From contig JAPDFW010000114.1 of the NCBI GenBank assembly GCA_028826165.1, forward strand, positions 62,001 through 126,000: 64,000 nt of DNA, read 5' to 3'. Positions 1 through 14,300 of this stretch are shown in pieces. The stretch's first letter is position 1, and every line of letters starts with the position of its first letter. The notes below the pieces were generated by a model, which did not search any database, was not told the DNA's origin, and was given only the letters and a program-made list of their open reading frames with translations. The DNA comes from Anaeramoeba ignava BMAN (Eukaryota; Protista; Anaeramoebae). Both the position numbers and the translations under genes were made by a program.

Positions 1-2700
1 TTATAAATAATTTTATATATAATTTTATAAATAATTTTATAAATAATTTTATAAATAATTTTAAATTAAATTTTGAATTGAATTTTATAAATAATTTTAT
101 AAATAATTTTATAAATAATTTTATAAATAATTTAATAAATAATTTAATAAATAATTTTATAAATAATTTAATAAATAATTTTATATATAATTTAATAAAT
201 AATTTTATAAATAATTTTATAAATAATTTTATAAATAATTTTATAAATAATTTAATAAATAATTTAATAAATAATTTTTATATTTAATTTTATAAATAAT
301 TTTATAAATAATTTTATAAATAATTTTATAAATAATTTTATAAATAATTTTATAAATAATTTTATAATTAATTTAATAAATAATTTTATAAATAATTTTA
401 TAAATAATTTAATAAATAATTTTATAAATAATTTTATAAATAATTTTATATTTAATTTTATAAATAATTTTATAAATAATTTAATAAATAATTTTATAAA
501 TAATTTTATAAATAATTTTATAAATAATTTAATAAATAATTTTATAATTAATTTAATAAATAATTTTATAATTAATTTTATAAATAATTTTATAATTAAT
601 TTTATAAATAATTTTATAATTAATTTTATAAATAATTATATATTTAATTTTATAAATAATTTTATATATAATTTTATATATAATTTTATATTTAATTTTA
701 TAATAAATAATTTAATAAATAATTTAATAAATAATTTAATAAATAATTTAATAAATAATTTTATAAATAATTTTATATTTAATTTTATAAATAATTTTAT
801 ATATAATTTAATAAATAATTTAATAATTAATTTTATAAATAATTTTATAAATAATTTTATAAATAATTTTATAATTAATTTAATAAATAATTTTATAATT
901 AATTTAATAAATAATTTTATAAATAATTTAATAAATAATTTAATAAATAATTTTATAAATAATTTTATAAATAATTTTATAAATAATTTTATATTTAATT
1001 TTATATTTAATTTTATAAATAATTTTATAAATAATTTTATTAATAATTTTATAAATAATTTTATATTTAATTTTATATTTAATTTTATAATTAATTTTAT
1101 AATTAATTTAATAAATAATTTTATAAATAATTTTATAATTAATTTTATAAATAATTTTATAAATAATTTTATAAATAATTTAATAATTAATTTTATAAAT
1201 AATTTTATAAATAATTTTATAAATAATTTTATAAATAATTTTATAAATAATTTTATATTTAATTTAATAAATAATTTTATATATAATTTTATATATAATT
1301 TTATAAATAATTTTATAAATAATTTTATAATTAATTTTATTAATAATTTTATATTTAATTTTATATTTAATTTTATAAATAATTTTATTAATAATTTTAT
1401 TAATAATTTTATAAATAATTTTATATTTAATTTTATATTTAATTTTATAATTAATTTTATAATTAATTTAATAAATAATTTTATAAATAATTTTATAATT
1501 AATTTAATAAATAATTTTATAAATAATTTTATAAATAATTTAATAAATAATTTTATATATAATTTTATAATTAATTTTATAATTAATTTTATAAATAATT
1601 TTATAATTAATTTTATAAATAATTTTATAAATAATTTTATAAATAATTTTATATATAATTTAATAAATAATTTAATAAATAATTTTATAAATAATTTAAT
1701 ATTTAATTTTATAAATAATTTTATAAATAATTTTATAAATAATTTAATAAATAATTTAATAAATAATTTAATAAATAATTTAATAAATAATTTAATATTT
1801 AATTTTATATTTAATTTTATATATAATTTTATATTTAATTTTATAAATAATTTTATATTTAATTTTATAAATAATTTAATAAATAATTTTATAAATAATT
1901 TTATATATAATTTTTATATATAATTTTATATTTAATTTTATAATAAATAATTTAATAAATAATTTAATAAATAATTTAATAAATAATTTAATAAATAATT
2001 TTATAAATAATTTTATATTTAATTTTATAAATAATTTTATATATAATTTAATAAATAATTTAATAATTAATTTTATAAATAATTTTATAAATAATTTTAT
2101 AAATAATTTTATAATTAATTTAATAAATAATTTTATAATTAATTTAATAAATAATTTTATAAATAATTTAATAAATAATTTAATAAATAATTTTATAAAT
2201 AATTTTATAAATAATTTTATAAATAATTTTATATTTAATTTTATATTTAATTTTATAAATAATTTTATAAATAATTTTATTAATAATTTTATAAATAATT
2301 TTATATTTAATTTTATATTTAATTTTATAATTAATTTTATAATTAATTTAATAAATAATTTTATAAATAATTTTATAATTAATTTTATAAATAATTTTAT
2401 AAATAATTTTATAAATAATTTAATAATTAATTTTATAAATAATTTTATAAATAATTTTATAAATAATTTTATAAATAATTTTATAAATAATTTTATATTT
2501 AATTTAATAAATAATTTTATATATAATTTTATATATAATTTTATAAATAATTTTATAAATAATTTTATATTTAATTTAATAAATAATTTAATAATTAATT
2601 TTATAAATAATTTTGTAAATAATTTTATAAATAATTTAATAAATAATTTTATAAATAATTTTGTAAATAATTTTATAAATAATTTAATAAATAATTTTAT
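1..2700. repeat. 12-bp AT minisatellite (TTTTATAAATAA and variants) filling an intron
   Basis: Continuous 12-nt period with a small set of variants (core ATAAAT/ATATTT/ATAATT/ATATAT/ATTAAT, head TTTT or TTTA); only about 4 G and no C seen in 2.7 kb. Confidence 0.97.
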
Positions 2701-2706
2701 ATTTAC

Positions 2707-2817
2707 TTTTCCCTTTTTTTCTAATTGTGTTAACCACATTTCATGTAGTTTTTCTCCACCAGAAAAATTTAAAAAAAAGTTTTCATCTGTTGTTTCTGTA
2801 TTATTTTCTTGAGTCAT
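2707..2817 (-). CDS. First coding exon (37 codons, MTQENNTE...EKKGK) of an unknown gene that continues left of the window
   Basis: ATG at 2817, non-repetitive peptide, GTAAAT donor at 2706 exactly where the repeat starts, sense-strand TCATTTTT upstream (~2915). Confidence 0.75.
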
Positions 2818-3040
2818 TTTAATTTGAAAAAATCAAAGAAAAAAAAAGAAAAAAAGAAAAACAATTTTTCAACTAAATTTATAAAAAGAAAAAAGAGAAA
2901 AGAAAAAGAAAAAAAATGAAAAAAAAAAATTTAAAAAAAATAAAAAAATTAATCATTAAAATTAATCATTTCCAATTCATTTAAAAAAATTAATTAAAAA
3001 AAATTCATTTCAAAGAAGAAAAAAAAGAAAAATTAATCAG

Positions 3041-3240
3041 TTGAATTTGAATTTGAATTTGATTTTGAATTTGAATTTGAATTTTGATTTTGAATTTGGA
3101 TTTCAATTTGAATTTGAATTTGAATTTGAATTTGAATTTGAATTTGATTTTGATTTTAATTTTGAATTTGAATTTCAATTTGAATTTGGATTTGGATTTG
3201 GATTTGAATTTCAATTTAATTTTGAATTTCAATTTCAATT
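3041..3240. repeat. Hexamer microsatellite (TTGAAT/TTGATT/TTGGAT) in the 3' flank of the vWA gene
   Basis: Direct 6-nt periodicity. Confidence 0.9.
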
Positions 3241-4608
3241 ATCCAAAATTTTTTGAAGAGCTTCAACTTCTCTTTTCAATTTATCATCACCAATTTCAGG
3301 AATTTCTTTATTCAAGTAATCAAGTAATTGCTTTCCCTTTTTAAGATTTTCATCATTTCTAGTAAACTCTTTAAGGAAATCAACATAACGAACAAGGAAA
3401 ATAGCTTTACGAACACTGCTATCCTGGAAAAGAGTAGATTGATCATCAGGTAATTCAGGGAAACTAGTAGTATGAACATCAGTATGATTTTCACCAAAAC
3501 GATCTTGATAACTAACGGTAATTTTGACAGGAATTCCATCTGCAACTGATGGATCCATTTTGAGCAGAAAAATACCTCCTTGTGTCTCATTGTTCTCAAT
3601 GTTACTTGGCATCACAGAACACATCTCTGTAACAGTTGTCTCTTTATTAGGATCTGCATCTGGCGATCCATATGCACCAAGTATTTTCGCTCCGTCAACT
3701 TTCACTTTTAAATCAAATGCTATTGTTGTGACAATATAATCAAAATCAGTTTCCATTCTTCTTTTGAACTCGGAGGAGGAGTGAACCGCAAAATAATTTG
3801 CGCCTTTGGTGTTTGTAATTGTATCAATTAAGCCTGTATTAAAATCAACACCAACACCGATAAAAGTGGAATAAATTTTATCGTCGGCGTTTTTCTTTGT
3901 TAAGCTAAAGAGACCCTGAGGAGAAGTTGCACCTGAATTTGGATGAGCATCTGTCAGGAACATTACCCGATTCTCGCATAATTTGAGACGTTCTGAATCT
4001 TTTTCTTCCTTGAGATACTTTCGGATCATGTCAGCACCAGCGTTATAACCAACTTCCATATTTGTTCCACCTTTTGTTCTTAATTCCTTCACTTTCTTTT
4101 CAAGTTTCGATTTGTCAATTTTGCCCCATTGAGTATAAGGCCAAGCAACATAAGCAGAAGTGTCAAAAAGAACCAATCCAAAATAATCAGTATCATGAAA
4201 ATGAGAAAATAATCCAAGTATTGTTCTTTTTGCTACTTCAAGTTTACTAAGTGATCTTTCTTCGCCATCATCTCTTCCATAAAAAGGTGAATTCATTGAT
4301 CCAGAAATATCAAGAATGATCACACAATTCAAAGGGGATCGTCCAAATTTTTTTATTCCTTCTCCATCATATTTTGATTTAAGTGCAAGTGAAATGTAAT
4401 ATTCTTTTTCATTTGTGTAAATGTTTGGTGTAACCGCATAAAAAGGTTCAACTGCAACCGTTTTTTCTGTTTCTGGTTTGCCGGTATTGAAATAATATTC
4501 ATAAAATAATCCATGATATGTTATTGATGATTTATCAAATGAATTTGATTGTTGAAGATTAAGTCGAAAATTTGTTGTATCTTTTGCTCCTGAAGAAATT
4601 GCAAACAT
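3235..4608 (-). CDS. von Willebrand factor A domain protein (YfbK-like, prokaryote-type), intronless
   Basis: MIDAS motif ILDISGSM, GGTNMEVG, VMFLTDA, FIGVGVDFN; likely start MFAISSGAKD at 4608. Confidence 0.88.
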   Translation of the reverse strand: MFAISSGAKDTTNFRLNLQQSNSFDKSSITYHGLFYEYYFNTGKPETEKTVAVEPFYAVTPNIYTNEKEYYISLALKSKYDGEGIKKFGRSPLNCVIILDISGSMNSPFYGRDDGEERSLSKLEVAKRTILGLFSHFHDTDYFGLVLFDTSAYVAWPYTQWGKIDKSKLEKKVKELRTKGGTNMEVGYNAGADMIRKYLKEEKDSERLKLCENRVMFLTDAHPNSGATSPQGLFSLTKKNADDKIYSTFIGVGVDFNTGLIDTITNTKGANYFAVHSSSEFKRRMETDFDYIVTTIAFDLKVKVDGAKILGAYGSPDADPNKETTVTEMCSVMPSNIENNETQGGIFLLKMDPSVADGIPVKITVSYQDRFGENHTDVHTTSFPELPDDQSTLFQDSSVRKAIFLVRYVDFLKEFTRNDENLKKGKQLLDYLNKEIPEIGDDKLKREVEALQKILDN

Positions 4609-4818
4609 TTTTTTATAAAGAAATAAAAGAATAAATTTAAAAAGTAAAAAATGAAAAAGAAAAAACGTTTTTTTTTTGCTTTTTATTTTTTTTCCAAGTT
4701 CCAAATTTAAACAAAAAAAATTAAATTTTTCTTCTTTAATTTTTTTTTTCTCCTTTTTATTTTTTTAATTTTTTTTTTCATTTTTCATTTTTTTTTTCAT
4801 TTTTTTTTTAAATTAACA

Positions 4819-7800
4819 ATGGAAAGTTTTGAAAATAATTTACTTGAAGATTTATTAAAAGGAGATTCTACTAAAAAAATTAATGCTATAAATATTTTAT
4901 CTCAACTTATTTGTGAAGGAAGAGATATTTCTCCTTTATTTAAACATATTATTGAAAATTGTTTATTAGATGAAAATTCTCATAGAATTACAAAATTAAC
5001 AATTTATAATTTAATAAGAAAAATTAGCACAACTTCTAATTTAATACTTTCACAATATTGGTATAAATAATTTTATATTTAATTTTATAAATAATTTTAA
5101 ATTTTATAAATAATTTTATATTTAATTTTATATTTAATTTTATATTTAATTTTATAAATAATTTTATAAATAATTTAATATATAATTTTATAAATAATTT
5201 TATAAATAATTTTATAATTAATTTTATAATTAATTTTATAAATAATTTTATAAATAATTTTATAAATAATTTTATATATAATTTTATAATTAATTTTATA
5301 AATAATTTAATAATTAATTTTATATTTAATTTTATATTTAATTTTATAAATAATTTTATAAATAATTTTATAAATAATTTTATAAATAATTTTATATTTA
5401 ATTTTATATTTAATTTTATAAATAATTTTATAAATAATTTTATAATTAATTTTATAAATAATTTTATAAATAATTTTATATTTAATTTTATAAATAATTT
5501 TATAAATAATTTTATAAATAATTTTATATTTAATTTTATAATTAATTTTATAAATAATTTTATAAATAATTTTATAATTAATTTTATAAATAATTTTATA
5601 AATAATTTTATAATTAATTTTATAAATAATTTTATAATTAATTTTATATTTAATTTTATATTTAATTTTATATTTAATTTTATAAATAATTTTATAAATA
5701 ATTTTATAAATAATTTTATAATTAATTTTATAATTAATTTTATAATTAATTTTATAATTAATTTTATAATTAATTTTATATTTAATTTTATAAATAATTT
5801 TATAATTAATTTAATATATAATTTTATAAATAATTTTATAAATAATTTTTATATTTAATTTTATAAATAATTTTATAAATAATTTTATATTTAATTTTAT
5901 AATTAATTTTTATATATAATTTTATATTTAATTTTATAAATAATTTTATATTTAATTTTATATTTAATTTTATATTTAATTTTTATATTTAATTTTATAA
6001 ATAATTTTATAATTAATTTTATAAATAATTTTATATTTAATTTTATAAATAATTTTATATATAATTTTATAAATAATTTTATATATAATTTTATATTTAA
6101 TTTTATAAATAATTTTATATATAATTTTATAATTAATTTAATAAATAATTTTATAAATAATTTTATAAATAATTTTATAAATAATTTTATATTTAATTTT
6201 ATAAATAATTTTATATTTAATTTTATATTTAATTTTATAATTAATTTAATAAATAATTTAATAAATAATTTTATAAATAATTTAATAAATAATTTAATAA
6301 ATAATTTTATAAATAATTTTATAAATAATTTAATAAATAATTTTATAATTAATTTTATATATAATTTTATATATAATTTTATATATAATTTTATATATAA
6401 TTTTATATATAATTTTATATTTAATTTTATAATTAATTTTAATAAATAATTTAATAAATAATTTAATAAAATAATTTTATAATTAATTTTATAAATAATT
6501 TTATATTTAATTTTATAAATAATTTTTATATTTAATTTTATATTTAATTTTATAAATAATTTTATAAATAATTTTAAATTTTATAAATAATTTTATAAAT
6601 AATTTTATAAATAATTTTATAAATAATTTTATAAATAATTTAATATATAATTTAATATATAATTTTATAAATAATTTTATATATAATTTTATAAATAATT
6701 TTATATTTAATTTTATATATAATTTTATAAATAATTTTATAAATAATTTTATAAATAATTTTATAAATAATTTTATAAATAATTTTATAAATAATTTAAT
6801 AAATAATTTTATAAATAATTTTATAAATAATTTTATAAATAATTTTATAAATAATTTTATAAATAATTTTATAAATAATTTTATAAATAATTTTATAAAT
6901 AAATTTATAAATAAATTTATATTTAATTTTATATTTAATTTTATAAATAATTTTATAAATAATTTAATATATAATTTTATATTTAATTTTATTAATAATT
7001 TTATTAATAATTTTATAAATAATTTTATTAATAATTTTATAAATAATTTTATAAATAATTTTATAAATAATTTTATAATTAATTTTATAAATAATTTTAT
7101 AAATAATTTTATAAATAATTTTATAAATAATTTTATATTTAATTTTATATTTAATTTTATAAATAATTTTATAAATAATTTTATAAATAATTTAATAAAT
7201 AATTTAATAAATAATTTTATTAATAATTTTATATTTAATTTTATTAATAATTTTATATTTAATTTTATAATTAATTTTATATTTAATTTTATATATAATT
7301 TTATAAATAATTTTATATATAATTTTATAATTAATTTAATATATAATTTAATATATAATTTTATAATTAATTTTATATTTAATTTAATAAATAATTTAAT
7401 ATATAATTTTATATTTAATTTTATATTTAATTTTATAAATAATTTTATAATTAATTTTATAAATAATTTTATAAATAATTTTATAAATAATTTTATAAAT
7501 AATTTTATATTTAATTTTATAATTAATTTTATAAATAATTTTATAAATAATTTTATAAATAATTTTATAAATAATTTAATATATAATTTTATAAATAAAT
7601 TTTATATTTAATTTTATATTTATAAAGGTTAAAAATTGCTCAAGCTTTATTCAGAGATATCCAAAATCCAGATTACGAAATTTCAATATCTTCAATTAGA
7701 ATCATTCCTTATATACCAAATGATATCATCACACAAAAAATGGAACAATTTAATCAACATTTAGTAAATATTCTCGAAACTTCAAACCAAGATCTTGTTC

Positions 7801-10800
7801 TGAGCTCAACAATAGAAACACTCAGCTTTTTAATCATTAACAAATTCGAAATGATCCAAAAATTTCCAAAACAATTTATCAAGAAAATACTCAAATTAAG
7901 CATTTCATTCCTTCTTGATCAAAGAGAAATTATATCATTATCAGCGTTCAAATTTATCAGAAATATTTTTATAGAAATAATTCGAGCAAAACCCTTTGAA
8001 TATAATCTTCCGATTGAAAAGAAAAAAATATGGGATTCAAACATGCTTGTGATTTCCAAATATTTATCCCAGCAAATGTTTCTTAATTTGGATAAAATCA
8101 TGAGACGATATCAAAGCTTCCAAACTTCAGACCGTTTTATCTGCATTTATCCTATAATAATTGCTGCTGTTCAGCCTTTTGATCCTGAGATATTTCAATC
8201 AAATCAAATTGATACCCAAAAATCAACCGAGGAATTGAATAAAATTATTGATGAAAACCCAAATATTCAAGATCAAAATGAATCAAATGAATCAATTTTG
8301 AAAATTAATCAAGAAGATATTCAACAAAAAATAGATCAAATTATGAACAATATAATAATTCCAGAAATGTTATGGTTTGATAACCAAGTTTTATTTGAAA
8401 TTTGTCAAATTCTTTTAATGATCACAATTTTCAATCCAAATATTATCAAATTTTCATGGATTAAAATAATAACTCAAGTAATTTCATTTCAAAAAAAACA
8501 AACAAATTTATCTTTTTTAATATTTTATTTTATTTTGAAGAATTTACTATTTTTACTTGAGAAATTTCCTTCATATTTTGCTGATGGTATTATTCTTGAA
8601 ATATTAATAGAATTATTACCTTTGCTTTCAAATGATATGCAAATGAAGGTTGTTGAAAAACTTCCTGAATTTATCAAATCAATTAAAGGTAACTAAAAAA
8701 TTTATAAATTTATATAAATATATATATATTGATATATTTTATTGTATTTTTTTGCAGAAAGAAAAACTCGAATTAAAATGATTATTAAAATTAGCAAAGA
8801 ATTGATCCAAATTAGCACTACAAAAATAGACTCTGAAAATTCAGAAAAATCACAAAAAATATTCATTTCGAATTTTCTTCAACATAAAACCATGACTCAA
8901 ATATTAAAAGACAATGAATCAAGTATTAGAGAGGAAATAGCTTATTGTATTTCCAAAGTGATGATTTTAAGATTAATTTCAGAGAAATATAATATGCTAG
9001 AATTGTTTCAGCAAGAAATCAATCCTAAAGAAGATTTCAAAAGTGAAGAAGTTATTGATTTCAATTTAAATCAAGAATCTCAAGTGAAAGTTTCAAAAGA
9101 TTTCCAAATTTTCAGTTTTTCAGATTCAAATATTGTCAAAACCAAAGAGCAAATTGATAAGGAAACCGAAATAAAAGCCAGATTGAGAAAAGAAATTGAA
9201 AAGGAAATATTAGTTGGTCTTCAAATTGTTATCAATCTTGATTGTGGAACTTGGGTTTGTAAAAGTGGGTCTTTGGCAATAAATCAAGTTTTTGAATTGG
9301 GATTATTTTTGATGAAATTGATAGCAATATTGGATTTAAAAAACAAGACAATTTTGCACAAAAAACAACGATTTTTGAAAAGAATGAATCGATCCTTAAA
9401 AAGTATTCATTATTTATCAACTCGTTTGAACTGCTTGACTTTACTGGTTGTTTTTTTCGATATTAATTCACAAGAAAATGAAGCGAATAACAATAATAGT
9501 GATGAAAAAAAGCAAATTACAAAACGGGATAATTATTCATCAATAATATTTATCTCTTTGAAAGAGGAAATGCTTAATATTTTGTCTCAAAAAGAGCAAA
9601 TAGAGAATTGGTTATCCAAAAACGATATTGGGTTTAAAGGCTTGGTGGACTTGAACCAAAAACAGAAAATTGTAAAAAGATCACAAAATGAAAATCAAAA
9701 TGAAAATGAAAATGAGAATCAAAATCAAAATCAAAATCAAAATGAAAATGAAAATAAAAATCAAAATGAAAATCAACCGCAAGAAAAAAGTAAAGAATCA
9801 AAAGAAAAAACAAATTTTGAGGAGCCTATTAATTTCCCCAAATATGATTTTCGCGAGTATTTTTTCGAAGATGAAATGGGAAACGAAAATATAGGCGCAA
9901 AAATGGATTTGTTTACTACGTTACTTAACTTATTATTTCTTCTGATTGAAAAATATCCAATACTATCGTCAGACATTTTCAATTTGATGAACGAAATTAT
10001 TCAAATTGCAGAAAAAAAACATGACTATATGCTTAAAGAGCTGATCTCTTCAGGAAATCAAGTTCAGCAAATGATTTCTAAACAAGATAAAATTGAAACA
10101 GAAAACAAAAAACAAATCTACAATAACATTATTAAATTGGTGAAGTTTATCAAGTTCAAAGTAAATTATCCCGAAGCTCAAAAAATCAAGAATGTTTCGC
10201 AGAAGTTTCTCGTTTCCAAATCTGGAGAATTTTCGAATTTGCTCTCTTCTTTTCAGAATCGTGCTTATGAACTATTTGCGAATAATTTCAATTTCTCTGC
10301 AAAAGAACAAACACTCCAAAATCAGTCGAAGGAACAAGAAGAGTTTGAAGGCTTGGAATATTCAAATCAATGGAGGAAATTTTTTGAATGGAAAAAATTC
10401 AACGAAGATAATTATGAATGTTCAGAACAAATATTAGTTAGTGGATCAAGTGATCCTATTCGTGTTTTTGCGTTTCACGAGTTCATAAAAAATGAAAAAA
10501 GAATTGATTTGCATTTGCAAGTGAAAAATATCACATCGAGCGATATTGATAATCTCTTACTTTCTATTCATACTCAAGGCAAAATTTATCCTCTCAATCA
10601 AAAGGAAAATTCAGTTGAAATTCAAATTAAAAAACTACTTAAAAAAGAAAATTATTTCGCAACAATTCCGCTTCAAATTAACGCATTGGGAGTAAATAAA
10701 ATCTATATGTATCTTCATTTTAATGCCAAACAAAGACAGTCAATTAAACTTGAACCTCGAAATTTCCAGAATATTTTATTGAATCCTTTTACAATCCAAA

Positions 10801-11198
10801 TCGAAGAATTGATTCAACCTTTGAATCTTTCCAAATTCACCTGGAATGAAACTTGGCAGGATTTGGAGTTCATTTCCACAATTTCAGGACTTATTCAAAC
10901 AGAAAATTGGTCATTAGAACAACTACTCAACGCTTTCCAAAAAAAGTCCTTTTGTTTGGTTTTCCAAATTGGAGAATTTACAGAAGAAACATCAATTCAA
11001 TTTGCTTTTAGTTCCGTTTCTTTGTTTGATGATTTAATCTTTTGGGTTATCAATGGAATGAGAAGAAATGGAAAGTTTCTCTTCAAAGTTGAATTTCGAA
11101 CAAATAATCCAAAAGTTCTCAAATCAATATCAAAAAACAAACAAATTTGGATTCAAACAATTTCAAACGAACCAATTGAATTTTTTCATCAATTCTAA
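4819..11198 (+). CDS. TPLATE: TPLATE, beta-adaptin-like large subunit of the TSET complex; exons 4819-5060, 7628-8688, 8758-11198
   Basis: N-terminus LSQLICEGRDISPLFK...W.KIAQALFRDIQNPDYEI resembles TPLATE LQQSAAGRDISVIAK...W....DLHFPDPDV; appendage VSGSSDPIRVFAFH...RIDLHLQVKNIT resembles LTGSSDPCY.EAYH...RVTLHLKIINLT; both introns are GT-AG and phase-consistent. Confidence 0.85.
5062..7626. repeat. 12-bp AT minisatellite filling TPLATE intron 1 (5061-7627)
   Basis: Same unit and variants as 1-2700; no G or C seen between donor G and acceptor G. Confidence 0.97.
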
Positions 11199-11313
11199 AC
11201 AAAATCAAAGAATAACAACAATAAAATTAAAAATAATAATAATAATAATAATAATAATCTTTTTTCTTTTTATTTATTAAAAAAAAAAAATAATATTTTG
11301 ATTTAATTTTTGT

Positions 11314-14300
11314 TTAATCAACTAATGAGATCCAATTATTAAAAACGAAAAAATTCATAATAAGTCTTGATTGAGCAGAATCAATCCCAAAATTTTCAAT
11401 AATATTCAAAGTATTTCCTCTTAATAAACGGAAATGTGATTTTGTATATTCGTTTATCAAAACCTTTTTAAGAACAAGAAAATTTTTTGGATCAAGAGCA
11501 ATCAAAGAACAGAGTTCCTTCTCAGCAGAAGAGAGTGACATTTTTGCGTCTGGCTCTGGAAGTTGCATTGGTTGTTTCATCATTTTGGTTTTGGATCTTT
11601 TTGAAGATCTTTCGCTTCTTGTTGATTTTGTAATTGGTTCATCAGGAATATTTAAAAATCCACGTCGACGTAAAAGTTGGAACTTTTGGATCTCTTTTTT
11701 GAGACGAAGTTCTTGAAGGATTGAATCGCAGAAGGCGAGATGTTCTTCTTCGGATTTGTGGAAACGACTGAAGAGTTTAAGTTTTATAAAGAGATCACGC
11801 TCTTCCATTGTTTGAAATTTATTTTTGGGTTTGTCTGAATCGAGAAGACCCCTTTCGACAAGAAATTGCTTTCTTTTCTCTCTCTCAAGAACCCTTTCCT
11901 CAAAGATCTTGAAGATTTCCATCTTTTTCGACCAAGGAATATGGTTATCGTTAAAGCCGATATTTGCAATTAGTTTTTCGGCTTCACAATCATATTCCGT
12001 TTCAAACTCATTTCTCATCTTCATATACCCTGCTTTGAACATTAAGCTGTTTCGATATCGGGCGACTTTGTTGAATCCCGACTCGATAGGGTTTGATCTC
12101 AGGGGTTTTTTCTTCGGGGAGCGTTTATTTGTAAGGGCGGAAAGTTGGCCAAGAAAGGTTGTTTCAAGAGGATTTTTGGTTGGATCATCATAATATTCAG
12201 ATTGGTGATTAGGGTTATTTGGGTCAAGTATTTTGTCTGGATGAGGAAGAGGAAATACAGGAGATTCAATGTACACTTGGACGTAATGGTCTTCGCATTC
12301 GTCTTCTGTCTTTGTGCCGACATGTCTGGAAACTTCGAACCAATTTCCAAGTCCGTAAAGTTGAATGGCTTCTAGCAGCAGCTGTTCTTCTTCCACTGCC
12401 CAATCTTTCGAAAATATGTGAAGCTTTGTGTCTGTGAAGATGAAATATGGATGATCTTTTTTGTGTTCGGCTACTTCTCTTCCAGAAGCCAAGCAAGAAA
12501 TGCATAAATCAAAATCTGTGCATTTGGCGCATTTTATTCGGATTGATTCCGTTATATCTCTTTTACAGCAATTACAATGAAATTGTGCTCCTTGATTTCT
12601 TTTTTTTTTAAAATTAATTATTAAATTTATTATTAAATTTATTATTAAATTATTTATTAAATTATTTCTGAATTATTTATTAAATTAATTATTAAATTAA
12701 TTATTGAATTATTTCTGAATTATTTTTGGATTAATTCTGAATTTGTTTTTGGATTAATTATTAGATTAATTATTAAATTAATTATTAAATTAATTATTAA
12801 ATTAATTATTAAATTAATTATTAAATTAATTATTAAATTAATTATTAAATTAATTATTAAATTAATTATTAAATTAATTATTAAATTTATTATTAAATTA
12901 ATTATTAAATTATTTATTAAATTATTTATTAAATTAATTATTAAATTATTTATTAAATTTAATTATTTAAATTAATTATTAAATTAATTATTAAATTAAT
13001 TATTAAATTTATTATTAAATTAATTATTAAATTATTTATTAAATTATTTATTAAATTAATTATTAATTATTAAATTAATTATTAAATTAATTATTAAATT
13101 ATTTATTAAATTAATTATTAAATTAATTATTAAATCATTTATTAAATCAAATATTAAATTAATTATTAAATCAATTATTAAATTTATTATTAAATTAATT
13201 ATTAAATTATTTATTAAATTATTTTTAAATTAATTATTAAATTAATTATTAAATTAATTATTAAATTAATTATTAAATTAATTATTAAATTATTTATTAA
13301 ATTAATTATTAAATTAATTATTAAATTATTTATTAAATTAATTATTAAATTAATTATTTAAATTATTAAATTAATAATTAAATTATTTCTGAATTTGTTT
13401 TTAATTATTAGATTAATTATTAAATTTATTAAATTAATTATTAAATTTATTATTAAATTAATTATTAAATTAATTATTAAATTAATTATTAAATTAATTA
13501 TTAAATTAATTATTAAATTAATTATTAAATTAATTATTAAATTATTTATTAAATTAATTATTAAATTAATTATTAAATTATTTATTAAATTAATTATTAA
13601 ATTAATTATTAAATTAATTATTAAATTTATTATTAAATTATTTATTAAATTAATTATTAAATTAATTATTAAATTAATTATTAAATTAATTATTAAATTT
13701 ATTAATTATTAAATTAATTATTAAATTAATTTATTAAAATTAATTATTAAATTAATTATTAAATTAATTATTAAATTAATTATTAAATTAATTATTAAAA
13801 TTAATTATTAAATTAATTATTAAATTAATTATTAAATTATTTATTAAAATTAATTATTAAATTATTTATTAAATTAATTATTAAATTAATTTTAAAATTA
13901 TTTTTGGATTTTATTAAATTAATTATTAAATTAATTATTAAAATTATTTATTAAATTAATTATTATTATTAAATTAATTATTAAATTAATTTATTAAATT
14001 AATTATTAGAAAATTAAATTTTTATTAAAATTATTTATTAATTTATTAAATTTGCCAAATTAAATTAAATTAAATCAAAATTAAATTAATTATGAAATCT
14101 ATTATTTTTTGATTTTATTTCTTTAATTTTTTAATTTTAAAAAATTTATTATTATTAATTTAATTATTAAATTTTTATTATTAAATTCTGAATTATTTCT
14201 GAATTTGTTTTTGGATTATTTATTAAATTAATGGATTAGATTTATTTATTAAGGAAATTAATTAATTAATTATTATTAATTATTAAATTAATTATTGAAT

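Noticed and set aside
1-2700. Telomeric repeat
   Set aside because: No G-rich strand, and the same family occurs internally within introns.
78-2706. Long ORFs such as (NFIN)n, (IKLF)n, (LILN)n and (KIKI)n
   Set aside because: These are translations of 6- or 12-bp intronic repeats that lack stops by chance; flanking exons splice in frame without them.
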